A stretch of 64,000 nucleotides of DNA from positions 5,099-69,098 of IMG/VR virus record IMGVR_UViG_3300034160_000027; one strand, written 5' to 3'. Of this stretch, positions 9,721 through 20,493 are shown piece after piece; position 1 is the first letter of the stretch, and each line of letters starts with the position of its first letter. The position numbers and the translations under genes were made by a program. Source of the DNA: a virus. The notes below the pieces were generated by a model that saw nothing but the letters and a program-made list of their open reading frames with translations, was not told where the DNA came from and made no database searches.

Positions 9721-9773
9721 GACCCCCGGTACGATTCAATGGCGTCCCGCAAGCCCTCTTGCGTGCGGTCCTT
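9721..9773 (-). pseudogene. Orphaned duplicate of the SNF2 helicase 3' end
   Basis: Encodes KDRTQEGLRDAIESYR versus the helicase end KDRTQENLRSAIAGYR. Confidence 0.8.
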
Positions 9774-10321
9774 CATGCGGGCACGGATACTTTCCCGTGG
9801 TTCTCATGAAAAAACTCGTTAATCCTAGTGTCCTTTGCTACTTTCGCAGCTTCGGCTAGGTCGGAGTAGTACCCTAGGTGCTTACGCTTCCCTCTTATCG
9901 TAACGTACACCATCCATTTGTTTCGCGCTGCATACCAAATAACTTCGTTGTACCCAGATTTATTATCTCCACGAAGAGTTATGTTTCGGCAATTATCTTC
10001 CCTTTGCACTTCACGTAAGTTGATTAACCTGTTGTCTGTCCTCACGTGGTTTATGTGGTCTATCTCGTGAGTAGGAGGACTCCCGCTAACCATGGTCCAA
10101 ATGATTCTGTGATTCAGGCATCCTTTCTTGAATAGCTGCATCTGGTAGTATCCAGTGTTCGCTATGGACGTTCCCGCTCGTTTCCCCGCCAACCTCGTGT
10201 TCCAAGCATCACATTGATGCTGGTCTGTGAACCATTTAACACTTCTAGCCTTCCATGTTAAGAACCCGGTATCTTTGTCGTACAAAAGTAGCTCATTAAG
10301 CACGCTGGCAGTGTGTATCAT
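9773..10321 (-). CDS. Free-standing HNH homing endonuclease (HNH_3 + AP2-like)
   Basis: Motifs YDKDTGFLTW, HRIIW, IDHINHVRTDNRLINLR, NKSG, HLGYY and FHENHG. Confidence 0.9.
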   Translation of the reverse strand: MIHTASVLNELLLYDKDTGFLTWKARSVKWFTDQHQCDAWNTRLAGKRAGTSIANTGYYQMQLFKKGCLNHRIIWTMVSGSPPTHEIDHINHVRTDNRLINLREVQREDNCRNITLRGDNKSGYNEVIWYAARNKWMVYVTIRGKRKHLGYYSDLAEAAKVAKDTRINEFFHENHGKVSVPA

Positions 10322-11754
10322 GACTTCTTTCTCCTGTACCCGGCTATAGCTGACCTCAAGTTCTCCTGCGTGCGGTCTTTCGTCTCGATGAGTGCCACCA
10401 GCAATTCATCCACGGTGTTGCGAGTCAGTATCCTACGGATGCGAACATTGCTAGCAGTCTGCCCTTGCCGCCGTATCCTTCCGTTAAACTGGAGCCAGAA
10501 GCTAAGGCTATCTGTGGGACTGAACCAGGCTATCTCACTTCCTCCACCTTGGAGGTTTACACCATGCGCGGCACTGGCAGGATGAGCCATTAAGAGAGGA
10601 TACTGGCCCGCGTTCCATGCGTTAACGACTGCACTCGGGTCTTTTACTCCGGGGCCTAAGTACCCGACTTTGTATCCCTGCTTTGTGTATCGCTCCTTTA
10701 TCCGGTGCATGTCATGCCGGTATAAGTACGATAGGAATATTGGGCTGCCCGCGGCTTCGTGCATAATGCTATCAAGAACTTCTAGCTTTAAGTCATGCAC
10801 CAACATGACCGCCCCACTATTATCCGAGTGTAAGACGGCACCGTTGGCGACTTGGCGGCACTTCGCCCTGGCGGATAGGACGCAGTGGACTTCTAAGTCC
10901 CACTCACCGTCAACAGGATCATCTTCATGGCGATCTAACTGAGCGAAGTACTCCTTCTCTAGCCTGTCGTACTCTCGCTGTGTCTTAGGGTCGAGGTCTA
11001 CCCAATGGTCGAAATATTGATAGTCGGGTAGTTTCAGGTAGTCCTCAGACCGCATGGACAGCGTGATATCTGCAATACGGCTTTGTATCTCTTCTTCGGC
11101 GCCAGGTGCCAACGACCACGTTTGCATGGCGTATCCGGGACGGAACCATTTCGTCCTGAAGTCCCCGATGTTCTTGTACAGGCGTTCCCCTCCGTCAATA
11201 ACAAGGTATTGCCCGTGGAGGTCAATGAAACCATTAGGTATCGGGGTCCCTGTCAACCCCACCCGATACGCGAAATGGTCCTGTAACAGCAACTCTAACT
11301 CTTTGAACCTCACGCCTTGCGCGTTCTTCAGTCGGTCGGACTCGTCTATCACCAGCATGTTGAACGGTAGGTACCGTCCGCGCGCGAGAAACTGGTCATT
11401 GAGGGCACGTACCAACCAAGGGATCGACTCAAAGTTTATGATCCATATATCGCAGTCACGGCGATGCAGGTCACGCAGCTTTTGTTCTTTTGGGCCGCGT
11501 AGCAAGCATGTACGCAGGCCCCGCAGATGAGACCACTTGGCTACCTCTTGACGCCACACAGTCTCAGCCACTAGGCGCGGCGCTATCACCAAAGCTCCGT
11601 AGACCTTCAAGTCGTCTATCAACCGGCCGATAGCAGTCAGCGTGATACTGGTCTTCCCCGCGGACAGGAAGAGCCATTCCATGCTCCGTGGGTTAGCGCA
11701 CACGTGGTCTACCGCACGGTGCTGGTACGGATGGAAGTCACTTAGTGAGAGCAT
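10318..11754 (-). CDS. SNF2-family (SF2) helicase
   Basis: Motifs HPYQ, AGKT, IAP, VIDES, GLTGTP, HPASAAHGVNLQ and Q..GRIRRQGQ. Confidence 0.92.
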   Translation of the reverse strand: MLSLSDFHPYQHRAVDHVCANPRSMEWLFLSAGKTSITLTAIGRLIDDLKVYGALVIAPRLVAETVWRQEVAKWSHLRGLRTCLLRGPKEQKLRDLHRRDCDIWIINFESIPWLVRALNDQFLARGRYLPFNMLVIDESDRLKNAQGVRFKELELLLQDHFAYRVGLTGTPIPNGFIDLHGQYLVIDGGERLYKNIGDFRTKWFRPGYAMQTWSLAPGAEEEIQSRIADITLSMRSEDYLKLPDYQYFDHWVDLDPKTQREYDRLEKEYFAQLDRHEDDPVDGEWDLEVHCVLSARAKCRQVANGAVLHSDNSGAVMLVHDLKLEVLDSIMHEAAGSPIFLSYLYRHDMHRIKERYTKQGYKVGYLGPGVKDPSAVVNAWNAGQYPLLMAHPASAAHGVNLQGGGSEIAWFSPTDSLSFWLQFNGRIRRQGQTASNVRIRRILTRNTVDELLVALIETKDRTQENLRSAIAGYRRKKS

Positions 11755-13226
11755 TTAATCAGTTTTCCGTGCTCGCACCGATACTCCTCGTACACCCCGT
11801 CATCGCGCTCCGTCAGCGGGCGGATACTGGTCATGCGCCCGCCTTTCTCTTTGGCAAAGATCGTAGCAGCTAGGGAGAGTTCACGCCGATCACCTGTGGC
11901 GATTATCTCAATGCTCTCACGGCCTGTTGTCACTCGTACATAGCAGCGTGCGTTCATCTTAATCCTCGCGGTAGTAAAGGCGCGGAGCGTCCCGCAGTAT
12001 CATAAGGACGTGTTCTCGTTCCAGCGAGCATGGTTGCTGCGCAAGCCACTCAATATCACCATTCACGAGGTCTATAAATTCCGCCCTCGTCAGCAACTTT
12101 TCTTGTAGAACGCGGAGTGGGTTTGTACTCTTTTGTGACACCGAATAGTCCAGTTGAAAGTCAGTGTCGAACATGGTTATAGCTTCACTTCAACGCGCAC
12201 GCTAACCAACAGTTTTTTGGTCTCCTCAGTGCCAAAAAACCGCTGGTCTGTGGTGTGTACCCAGATATTCGTTGGTACCAAGCCTGTGGCCTTCTCGTAC
12301 TTGCGTAGCAGCGCGAATATCTCTGACTCCAGTTGGGTGCGTAGCGTGATAGCGTCTTGTACGGTTGGTTCATTGCTCATTGTCGTTACCTCATTTTCAG
12401 TCAAGTAGAAACGTTCTTCAGCGAGCCTCTCAACTTCCACGGTCGTGGACTCGCTGAAGTATTGCAGCGCCGCGCAGATACGGCGGCCGTCTTCTTCGCT
12501 GATCCACCCCCATTCTGATGAGCCGACGATAAGACCCGGGGTATCTCCGACGTGGGTCTCCTTTGTCGCGGCTTCTGTTCCTTGCTCGAAGACTATTGCT
12601 TGGTGAGTTGTGTCGGGGTTAAAGCCGTATCGTTTCATGCCTACCTCTTCATCACAGGTTTGCCGATCCCGTTCAATCCCGTAGCCACCCACCACCCGCT
12701 TGCTGCTGCGATTAGCGCCTGTGCCAACCCAGGGGAGTGAAGAACACTAGCAGGCTGTCCAGCGCAACGAGCATGGTCAGTCCTGTGGTGAGCGCGGCGC
12801 CGTCTACCTTCACTCTGGCCTCGCTCCACGGCTGACCTTACGCGCGGGTGCGTACTCGCCGCACCAATGGTCACGGGATTTTGGTGTCGGGTCTGGGTAC
12901 CTGTGGCACTTACCAGCGTCAGGGCCGCCGACGCGGGTGCGATAGTACGTGCACGTTGAACATTCTGCTTTCATGCTGTTCTCCTAAAACCCGAATTGTT
13001 GCTTTACGTCGGCTTCCCATACCTCCGGGTCCTCCATGATTATTGAGCGGCCTTTTTCCCGTAGCGATGCCCACCGTTTCGTGGGCCAAGGCTCTACGTC
13101 TCCTTGCTCTTCCATGCTCCCCAGTTCGCAGTGGCGTGCGTCTTCGTAGTCCATCAAGAGACGAATCCCATGCGGGCTACTCAAAACCGCTTGCTGCTCG
13201 CCTTCCGTCATTGCTTCGTCTTTCAT
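11742..13226 (-). CDS. Cluster of small hypothetical genes (11742..11957, 11959..12174, 12177..12638, about 12810..12973, 12984..13226)
   Basis: Tightly packed co-oriented ORFs with RBS-like sequences; no recognisable motifs except CxxC...C.R.P...WCGE in the 12810..12973 ORF. Confidence 0.5.
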
Positions 13227-13462
13227 ACATAGTCTCCGGGCCGTGGAATGTTTAACCCCGTTAGCGCGTAATTGTACCCGCGCATAAACATGTCGTAGTC
13301 CCTGTTTCTCCTTTTGCTTTCAGCGGTTTCCTGCGTGTTCCCTAGCCATGAAGTAGTGAACTCGCGGCCCGGAGGACCCTTTGGTGGGTAGGGCGTGACT
13401 ACGCGAGGGCGAGAGGTCTTTTGGTCGTTCATGGTGTTTTCTACCGATGCTTCGTTGGTCAC
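13223..13462 (-). CDS. Hypothetical protein, tandem duplicate copy 2
   Basis: MNDQKTSRPRVVTPYPPKGPPG...RDYDMFMRGYNYALTGLN, nearly identical to the neighbouring gene. Confidence 0.7.
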   Translation of the reverse strand: MTNEASVENTMNDQKTSRPRVVTPYPPKGPPGREFTTSWLGNTQETAESKRRNRDYDMFMRGYNYALTGLNIPRPGDYV

Positions 13463-13683
13463 ACGTAGTCTCCAGGTTGGGGGACATTTAGCCCCGTTAG
13501 CGCGTAATTGTACCCGCGCATAAACATGTCATAATCCCTGTTCCTCTTTTTGCTTTCAGGGGTCTCCTGCGTGCCCCCTAGCCACAAAGTAGTGAACTCG
13601 TGGCCCGGAGGACCCTTTGGCGGGTATGGTGTGACTACGCGCGGGCGAGAGGTCTTTTGGTCGTTCATGGTGTTTACATCCAA
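13459..13683 (-). CDS. Hypothetical protein, tandem duplicate copy 1
   Basis: Near-identical to 13223..13462. Confidence 0.7.
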   Translation of the reverse strand: MDVNTMNDQKTSRPRVVTPYPPKGPPGHEFTTLWLGGTQETPESKKRNRDYDMFMRGYNYALTGLNVPQPGDYV

Positions 13684-13920
13684 CTGGTAACGATGATAGG
13701 CGTGCCTTCAGTCACTCGGGTGCGGGTTCCACCATACTCGGCTTCTCCTCGCAACACCTTGTCTAAGAACGTGATCGTGGCGAGCGAGCGTAGTTTTGTC
13801 GCTTCGTCCATTAGCCCGTTCCCGATGTGTAGCCAGATCAGTTCCATCTGTGCGCTGACCACATCTTGCACGCGTTCCAAATTGCACCTTTTCATGATAT
13901 CTCGTGCTTCCGAGGATACT

Positions 13921-14355
13921 TTATAAAAACTCGTTGTCATCTTCTCTCTCCACAATGACGCCGGCTTCACGGAACATCGTGAGCGCAACGTCGAATAATT
14001 CTTGGGGCATGTGCGTCTCCTCGTTGCCGATAACGACGACCGCCACGCCCGCGTTTATCATCATCCGGGCGCACGCGTTGCAGCACAGGTGGGTCACGTA
14101 GACCGTCGAGCCCTTGAGCCGTGAACGCGCCGCGGTCGCCACCAGGTTCTCTTCAGCGTGCGCGGTCCACAGGTATTTGGCCGGGCGCTCCATGCGCTCA
14201 GGCCGGTCCTCCACGCGCCGGGGAAGGCCGTTGAACGCGACCTCCAGTATCTCGTTGTCCGGTCCTACCGCGACCGCCCCCACGTGCGTGGAGGGGTCCT
14301 TAGACTTGATGGACACGTAGCCAGCCATACCGAGGAAGTATGCGCGCCAGTTCAT
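13921..14355 (-). CDS. dCMP deaminase
   Basis: SKDPST.VGAV, NGLPR, HAEEN and CNAC Zn-deaminase motifs. Confidence 0.9.
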   Translation of the reverse strand: MNWRAYFLGMAGYVSIKSKDPSTHVGAVAVGPDNEILEVAFNGLPRRVEDRPERMERPAKYLWTAHAEENLVATAARSRLKGSTVYVTHLCCNACARMMINAGVAVVVIGNEETHMPQELFDVALTMFREAGVIVEREDDNEFL

Positions 14356-14772
14356 GCTGGTAGGCTCAACTCAAGCGCCTCGCGTGCCTTTATCACGAAG
14401 CCGTGGCGGTCTTCAAACCACTGCTCGTGTGACTCCTTGTCATCGGTGCTTCGCCCGCGGCGATGAAACCCGTCGGTAAGGATTCCGTCGAGTGCGTCCG
14501 CTACCACAGTGAGTTCCGCCCTGAGCATCTGGATAACCTCTGTGTCCTTTTGTGGCGTATCACGACATGAGTACCCGTGCGTATTCATGCCGGCGCCCTC
14601 AATCTAAACTCGCACTCTCGGATGATACCGGCGTCGGTGCTCACGTACCCATCATGCAGTTCAGATAGGTACACGTCGTGCAGGCCGTCATCTCGCCACT
14701 CGGCAAAGTCTACATCGTCATCTCCAAATGTCTCGCGGTACTCTTTCAACATTTTCTCAAGGTCGCTGACTT

Positions 14773-15162
14773 TCATAACGGCATTCTCATCAGGTCAATC
14801 AGCGCCTTTCCGGCGGCCTCGTTGTCGATGACGTAGATGGCGTGCCCGTACGCACGCATCCGTACGTGCTCCCGCTCTTGTGACTCCGTGGCAGGCTCGC
14901 CAGGTCGCTTGAACTCAACGAAGAACGTCCTCTTGTGCAGCGTCGCCACAAGCTCTTCCATCGTAGCGCCCGGAGGACCGGGTGCCGTAAAGATGTCATC
15001 CGGGACCGATCGGTGTGCAGGAGACACGAACTTACGAACCCAGAAGCCAAGGTCCTTGGCGTACTCTTTTACCGGCCCCTCAACATCCTTCTCCAGTATC
15101 TCTTTCTTCCGGATACGGATGGCCTTCGGGCGTGGCGGCTTACTCGGGGGTTTGAGGTTCAT
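14773..15162 (-). CDS. VRR-NUC domain nuclease
   Basis: Motifs LEKDVE, KFVSP.HRSVPD, FVEFKRPG and Q...H; typical partner of phage SNF2/polA. Confidence 0.85.
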   Translation of the reverse strand: MNLKPPSKPPRPKAIRIRKKEILEKDVEGPVKEYAKDLGFWVRKFVSPAHRSVPDDIFTAPGPPGATMEELVATLHKRTFFVEFKRPGEPATESQEREHVRMRAYGHAIYVIDNEAAGKALIDLMRMPL

Positions 15163-16117
15163 TTGACCGATACGCTTGAATGATGTCGCCTACTTCGCAT
15201 AGAAACCGTTGTTCCATGGTACGGATGCCGACTCTGAACCACACCCACGCAGCAGAGAGCCAGGCAAGGGCGATGGCGGCATAATCCACTAGGTCGAAGT
15301 GATGTGTCCACCCGGCTAGTAGAGCCAGGAGTAAGAACGCAATCGGTGTCGTCTTCATTTACTTCACCATAAGGACAGCGTGGCGTAATGCGCCGAGACG
15401 CTTACCCACCCTATCAGCCAGAAACGCTTCTACCTGAAGCATTTGATTATACGTCAGTGGAGCATCTTTGGCGATGACACGCTCCTCCAGCCAGACAACG
15501 TAGACCGCGGGGGACAAATCCAGCGGGAGTCTGCACGATTCCTCAAACGCGTCTCGTAGGCGCTCGTGTTCCAGACTTGCGTCAAAGGATGTGAGTTCTT
15601 CGCGTGTCACGGTTTTTCTCCTGCACGGGATGCCTCAACTTTACGTTTAGCCCAGTGCAACGCCCGTGTATTCCATTCAAACACTTTCTTCAGCGTCCAA
15701 GCAACGGGCTCGGACCCTACGGAGTATACCCTATCCAACAATATGCAGCGAGAATCTTCGCGCAGGGCTATGACAAACTCTACGTCATAGTCAGCGTACT
15801 CCGGGTCGCTGAGAATCCTCAGTAGGTCAGAAACCTTTACACCGTTTGGTTCCGTCACTTTTACGCCTCCTTCTGCGTTCGTAGGTCTCGGCGCTACCCC
15901 GGAAACTCTGCGCAGAGGAAGTCGATCATGTCCTGCGCTTTATCAGCGATGCGCTGACTACGTTCTCGCTCATCGCACACGTCCATGCGGGCCATCCCGT
16001 AGTGGCGGCTGCCAATGTTGTGCAGGGCGTCGATGATCCGTCGAATAGCAGAATACTCAAGGCCGGTCTGAACGTCGTGCGGGGTTGATTCAAAGGGGTG
16101 CATGGTGTTCTCCTACG

Positions 16118-17566
16118 TTAAACAGCGATGGGCGCTTTGATCGCCGGCCAAGGGTTATAGCCGACTAACTTGCAGTCGGCCAGCGTATAGTCGAAAATCG
16201 ACTCTTTCCGGTTCAGTGCAAGCTGTGGAAGTGGCATAGGTTCTCTCGCCAGTTGAGAGAACACGATATCCGGGTGGATGTGGTTCTGGTACAGATGAAG
16301 GTCTCCGAAATGGATGATAAGGTCGCCAACAAGCATGTTGCATTGCTGTGCCAGCATGTGCGTAAGCAACGCGTAACTGGCGATATTGTAGGGAACGCCG
16401 AGGAACGCGTCCGCGCTGCGTTGATCCATGCGCAATGATAACCGACCCACCGGCGCGGTGCCGAACATATACGGCTCACGCTCCTTTGGCGTCAGTGGAT
16501 CGACGTTACACTGGAATAGGCAATGGCACGGAGCGAGTGCCATGAAAGGCAAGTCCGCGGGGTTCCACGCTATAACAACGTGTCGGCGAGAGAACGGGTT
16601 AGCCCGCAGGTTATTGATGAGTTCGCTTATTTGGTCTACGCCCGGTTCCCCGTTAACAGAAAAGCCCCTCCACTGTTTTCCGTATATAGGTCCTAAATCT
16701 CCGCGGTTTATGAGTCTCCTCCGGATTCTAGTGTTAGAGTGCGGCACGTATTTTTGAAATGCCCACCCCCGTGCTGTTACATTGTTCCCTTTTAAGATGG
16801 CAGGCAAGCCCTCGGTAACAAACCTATGGATAGATGTTTGGCTAATGCCGCAGGCGTTAGACGCTGCTCTCAGACCTTCATACACTTTTGTTACACCTTC
16901 CGGGTTGGTTATGAGGATATATTCACTATGCACATTTTCTTCCTTCGGAAGCCATATGCACGTGTCTGGCCCGTACTGGTTAGACCCGTAGTAGTCTTTA
17001 TCAAGTTCGTATCCGGTCCAGTCGTCCCTTTTATATTCCCAATGAGGTATCATTTGTACATCAGAAACAAACGCCTCTACGTCTTCCCATCTCTCGCATA
17101 CTGTAACGCCTTTTTCTCCGTAATGTTTGTAGTTGTGGGCTCGCACGTTGTAGCAACGATCAAACATCTTGGCCCATGTACTCCTTAGCTTGTCCTTCAC
17201 AGTCCCTTTGGTGTACCCTGGAGACGCGTGCGCGCTGCTCAATCTCTTTTGGGACGGCCGCGCCGGTTCCCTTACGGAGACTGTAGAAAAGCCCCTGTCA
17301 TAGAACCAAGGTCTCTTCCATTCACTCCAGATAGTAACGCCCTGGTCCTCCAGTGTGCGGCTGTTCGTATCGCCACTCAAAAACCAGATTAACTCTGCCA
17401 CCACTGACTTCCAATGAATCTTCTTGGTCGTCAAGAGCGGGAAGCCGGCCGTCAGGTCGAAGCGAATCTGCCGGCCAAAGACAGACCGCGTGCCAGTGCC
17501 CGTGCGGTCCTCCTTGTTACGTCCGTTGTCGAGGACGTCACGGAGAAGATCGTGGTATTGTTTCAT
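16118..17566 (-). CDS. thyA: Thymidylate synthase with a 205-aa in-frame HNH endonuclease insertion
   Basis: Motifs DRTGTGT, FPLLTTKK, ELIWFL.G.TN, GDLGPIYG.QWR, SRR, ALAPCH, QRSAD.FLGVPYN and HLY.NH. Confidence 0.95.
   Translation of the reverse strand: MKQYHDLLRDVLDNGRNKEDRTGTGTRSVFGRQIRFDLTAGFPLLTTKKIHWKSVVAELIWFLSGDTNSRTLEDQGVTIWSEWKRPWFYDRGFSTVSVREPARPSQKRLSSAHASPGYTKGTVKDKLRSTWAKMFDRCYNVRAHNYKHYGEKGVTVCERWEDVEAFVSDVQMIPHWEYKRDDWTGYELDKDYYGSNQYGPDTCIWLPKEENVHSEYILITNPEGVTKVYEGLRAASNACGISQTSIHRFVTEGLPAILKGNNVTARGWAFQKYVPHSNTRIRRRLINRGDLGPIYGKQWRGFSVNGEPGVDQISELINNLRANPFSRRHVVIAWNPADLPFMALAPCHCLFQCNVDPLTPKEREPYMFGTAPVGRLSLRMDQRSADAFLGVPYNIASYALLTHMLAQQCNMLVGDLIIHFGDLHLYQNHIHPDIVFSQLAREPMPLPQLALNRKESIFDYTLADCKLVGYNPWPAIKAPIAV
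16703..17317 (-). mobile_element. HNH + NUMOD1/HTH-type homing endonuclease embedded in-frame in thyA
   Basis: W..M..RCYN....YKHYG.KGV.VCERW...F, LDKD, YGPDTCIW....N, then VYEGLRAAS..CGIS..SI; no intein termini visible. Confidence 0.85.
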
Positions 17567-17817
17567 GGCGCGTCTCTAAGTGCAGAAGGTTTCACCATAT
17601 CTCGTACTGTACGTTCCACCATACTTCGGTAGAACAGTGAATAAGATACGTGTTTTACCACCCAGTAGGCGCCATACAACGCGGCTAGCCCTAGCAGGAT
17701 GAATAGTAAGGCGGGCGCCACGTGCGTTATCAGTACGCTTCTTCTTGTCATTTGAAACTTTGCTCCAAGATGGCGTTTCCAAGCGCCTCGTGCTCTGCCT
17801 TTGAGATACGCCAGCAA
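17563..17817 (-). CDS. Small membrane protein
   Basis: Hydrophobic segment; coupled to the thyA start. Confidence 0.5.
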   Translation of the reverse strand: MLAYLKGRARGAWKRHLGAKFQMTRRSVLITHVAPALLFILLGLAALYGAYWVVKHVSYSLFYRSMVERTVRDMVKPSALRDAP

Positions 17818-18179
17818 CCGATGATGGCTGCGGTAGACTTAGGAATCTCACGTTTCCTGCGCGCCAGTCACCCTCCAGGTCCCTCATCGGTGGTCACGTT
17901 CAACCGAAAGTCACTTATCTGGATGGCTAGCAAATGGTAACGCTTAACCTGAAACGCTGCCATAAAGGCACCGGCCTTCGTTCGCGCTAGAGCCAAGACT
18001 TCAGATATGGTTTTCATGAGTCCAGACATCCTGCGGCAGCGTACAGAATGTTAAGGTACTCTACCGCCCACTCCAGAGCATGGCGATCTGGCATGTTGCG
18101 CACCTTGTAGAAATTGTTAGCCTCCATGTATCGTCTGGCGTCCAGTAGGTTCGTGACTATGCTCATTTAATTTGTCTCT

Positions 18180-19047
18180 CTACTCTTCAAGCCATTGTTT
18201 AAACTCATTCTCGGCAGCTTTCTTTCCGGCCTCGTACGCGTCTACGGCGATTCTTGATATTAGCTGAGCCTCAAGTAGCGTCTTAGTGTGATACGTGTAC
18301 ACAGACCCAAACTCATGGTTAGGCGACGCTACCTCAAAGCTGCAAGCGTTCGGGTCATTCCGCTCGCATAACTCCAGCGTCCCGTTGGTCATATGATGAG
18401 ACGCGCGTATGGACGTAATGGTCGTCATAAGGGGCTCCACGCGTCGATTAGATAGTCCAGCTTGGGCTTCAAGAAAGCCCTCACCGCTGGCTCGTCTTCC
18501 TCGCTGACAGAAACCTGAACAAAGAGAAGTCGGCCGAGGCGCTGCTGTAGGTACGTCAGTTGCAGTACCTCGTCAACCCAATCCCACTTGACCAGCATGT
18601 TGTAGTCTTCGTTACCCCAGTCAGGGTGTGACTGGTCACGAATGAATTCGGCCCACGACTCAAACGTCACCGGAGGGACTAGCCGCATACCAGGCTCTAG
18701 CCGCACACCAGGCTGATGGCATTTATACCTATCGTTCTCCCATAGGCGTAGTATGTTCCCTCCGCACGTGGAGCACACTTCCATATCATCTTTCTGGGTA
18801 CTCGACTCCGCGCCACATTTGGGACACGCTCTCATTATGACACCTTTCTATCCTGAAACGAGTTACCCAACTCTAAGGATTCCGCCTTTGTTATCGGCCA
18901 GTAGCCAACGAGGGCTACCGGAGCATTCGGAAATCTTGCCGCCATGTTAGAGAGGGTGTACCCCGCGCGTTCGTTGGTTACGACACTAATTGGCGCTCCG
19001 TCGACCGATAAAGTCGCCAAGTAAACTCTTTTACGCCAGAACATCAT
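18180..19047 (-). CDS. Three small hypothetical genes (18180..18440, 18425..18835 with Zn ribbon, 18835..19047)
   Basis: Overlapping start/stop codons; CPKCG...CSTCG motif in the middle gene. Confidence 0.55.
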
Positions 19048-19421
19048 GATATCTTCCCATGCTTGTAGGGCCGGGCCTTGTTGTACTCCATCTTGGCGTC
19101 AACAGCGCCCTGGAGGTCGTAGCCGTAGTACCCGCAAAGGTCGAAGATACGGACCACGGTGTCAGACAGTTCTTCCTCCATGTGGGAGAAGCCCGGTATC
19201 TTCTCGGACTCCGGGTTGCCGTGGCGCAGAGCCTCTACGGCTTCCCCAATCTCGCTGACGATCCGTGCGAGAGACGCGAGTTGTAAAGCATGGGCAACGC
19301 CTGGAAGGTGCGCGTAAGCCTGGTCCACATCATGGAACCCGCTGGCGGTAGCGGTTTCGCAAGCTGATTGGCAGTAGTCGTTGATGTTCATGTTATTTAC
19401 CTTGGTCTCTGTTCGCGACAT
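19044..19421 (-). CDS. MazG-like NTP pyrophosphohydrolase
   Basis: SEIGEAVEALR...EEELSDTVVRIFD...KMEYNKARPYKHGK. Confidence 0.85.
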   Translation of the reverse strand: MSRTETKVNNMNINDYCQSACETATASGFHDVDQAYAHLPGVAHALQLASLARIVSEIGEAVEALRHGNPESEKIPGFSHMEEELSDTVVRIFDLCGYYGYDLQGAVDAKMEYNKARPYKHGKIS

Positions 19422-20493
19422 CCGCCGCGAGGGTTATCACGGCCAATGCGGCTTTGGCGGCTTGGAGAGACACTTCGTATACCGTGAGTCGGTAGCCATA
19501 TTCTCGTAGTGCAGAAAGGTCAGGTTGAGCCTCTATCCACTCACCTACAGCTACTTGCAGTCTAACGAACGCCCCACCGCGGGGATTATAGACACTCATA
19601 TCACTTACTCTTGTATCTGCTGTAGATGAGGCTTCCGATAGCAAATAATCCTCCGACTATCACTATAGGGGCTAGAATACAGATAACAAATACGTCGAAG
19701 GGGGGCATACTGCTACTCCCATACACCGTAGATGTGGAAGGATGATGGGATAACAGGGTCATCCTGATAATTGAAGACTCCGATCTCGAAGTCCGCTGCC
19801 AATCTTGCTGCGGCGGCTGGGTGCGTTACTACAACGCCTATGAAGCTATCCTTGGCGTTAAGCCAGCCCGGAGTGACAGTAAAAGGGTCGACGTACCCAA
19901 CATAGCAAAGCTGTACGCTCTGTCGTTCCGCTAGCGCGGTATGCGCTGCGGTCGGGGGCTCGTGTCCTATGTACGCGAAAGGTGTCATTTGTTTCTCCTA
20001 GTCCAGACGCGCGGAAAGCCTTAACTGCTTCTCCGGTGTGATTTTGGTTTCTGGTACTGCGCGTTCCACGCGTCGAGTACCGCATTGTCGGTCTTTTGCT
20101 TTCCCAGTAGCGCAGTTGCTTGTTCCTTACGCCACTGCAACTCTTCCTTAGTAGTAATTTCCTTGCCGCTGATTCCCGTCAGGTTACCGTCTACTTTCAT
20201 CTATTGTCTCTCATGTAGGCTTGAGCACCAAGGGTAGCAAGTGCGCCACCGACAACGCCTATGGCTACGAACACCAGATAGGTAATACTCGGGTTATACG
20301 CGTGGACTACACACGATACCGCTACCGCAACCCGCACAGAAAAGCGCGCTAGTTTTATCACTTACACCACCCCGCGCGGCGCACTTGCATCGGGCGCCCG
20401 AGCCCGTGTGCGATGAGTTCGTGTCCTAGGTTGCGGCCCTCTACTAGCACTTCGCCGAGGTCCCGGCGATAGAAGTCAGCGCCGGGCCGGTAG

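Noticed and set aside
9582-9776. Functional 64-aa gene
   Set aside because: It consists of the orphan helicase tail running into a promoter and is better explained as an insertion scar.
16703-17317. Canonical intein or group I intron in thyA
   Set aside because: There is no N-terminal Cys/Ser or HN-C/S/T junction at the insertion boundaries, and the insert is fully open and largely occupied by nuclease domains. Not formally excluded without HMM or covariance-model scans.
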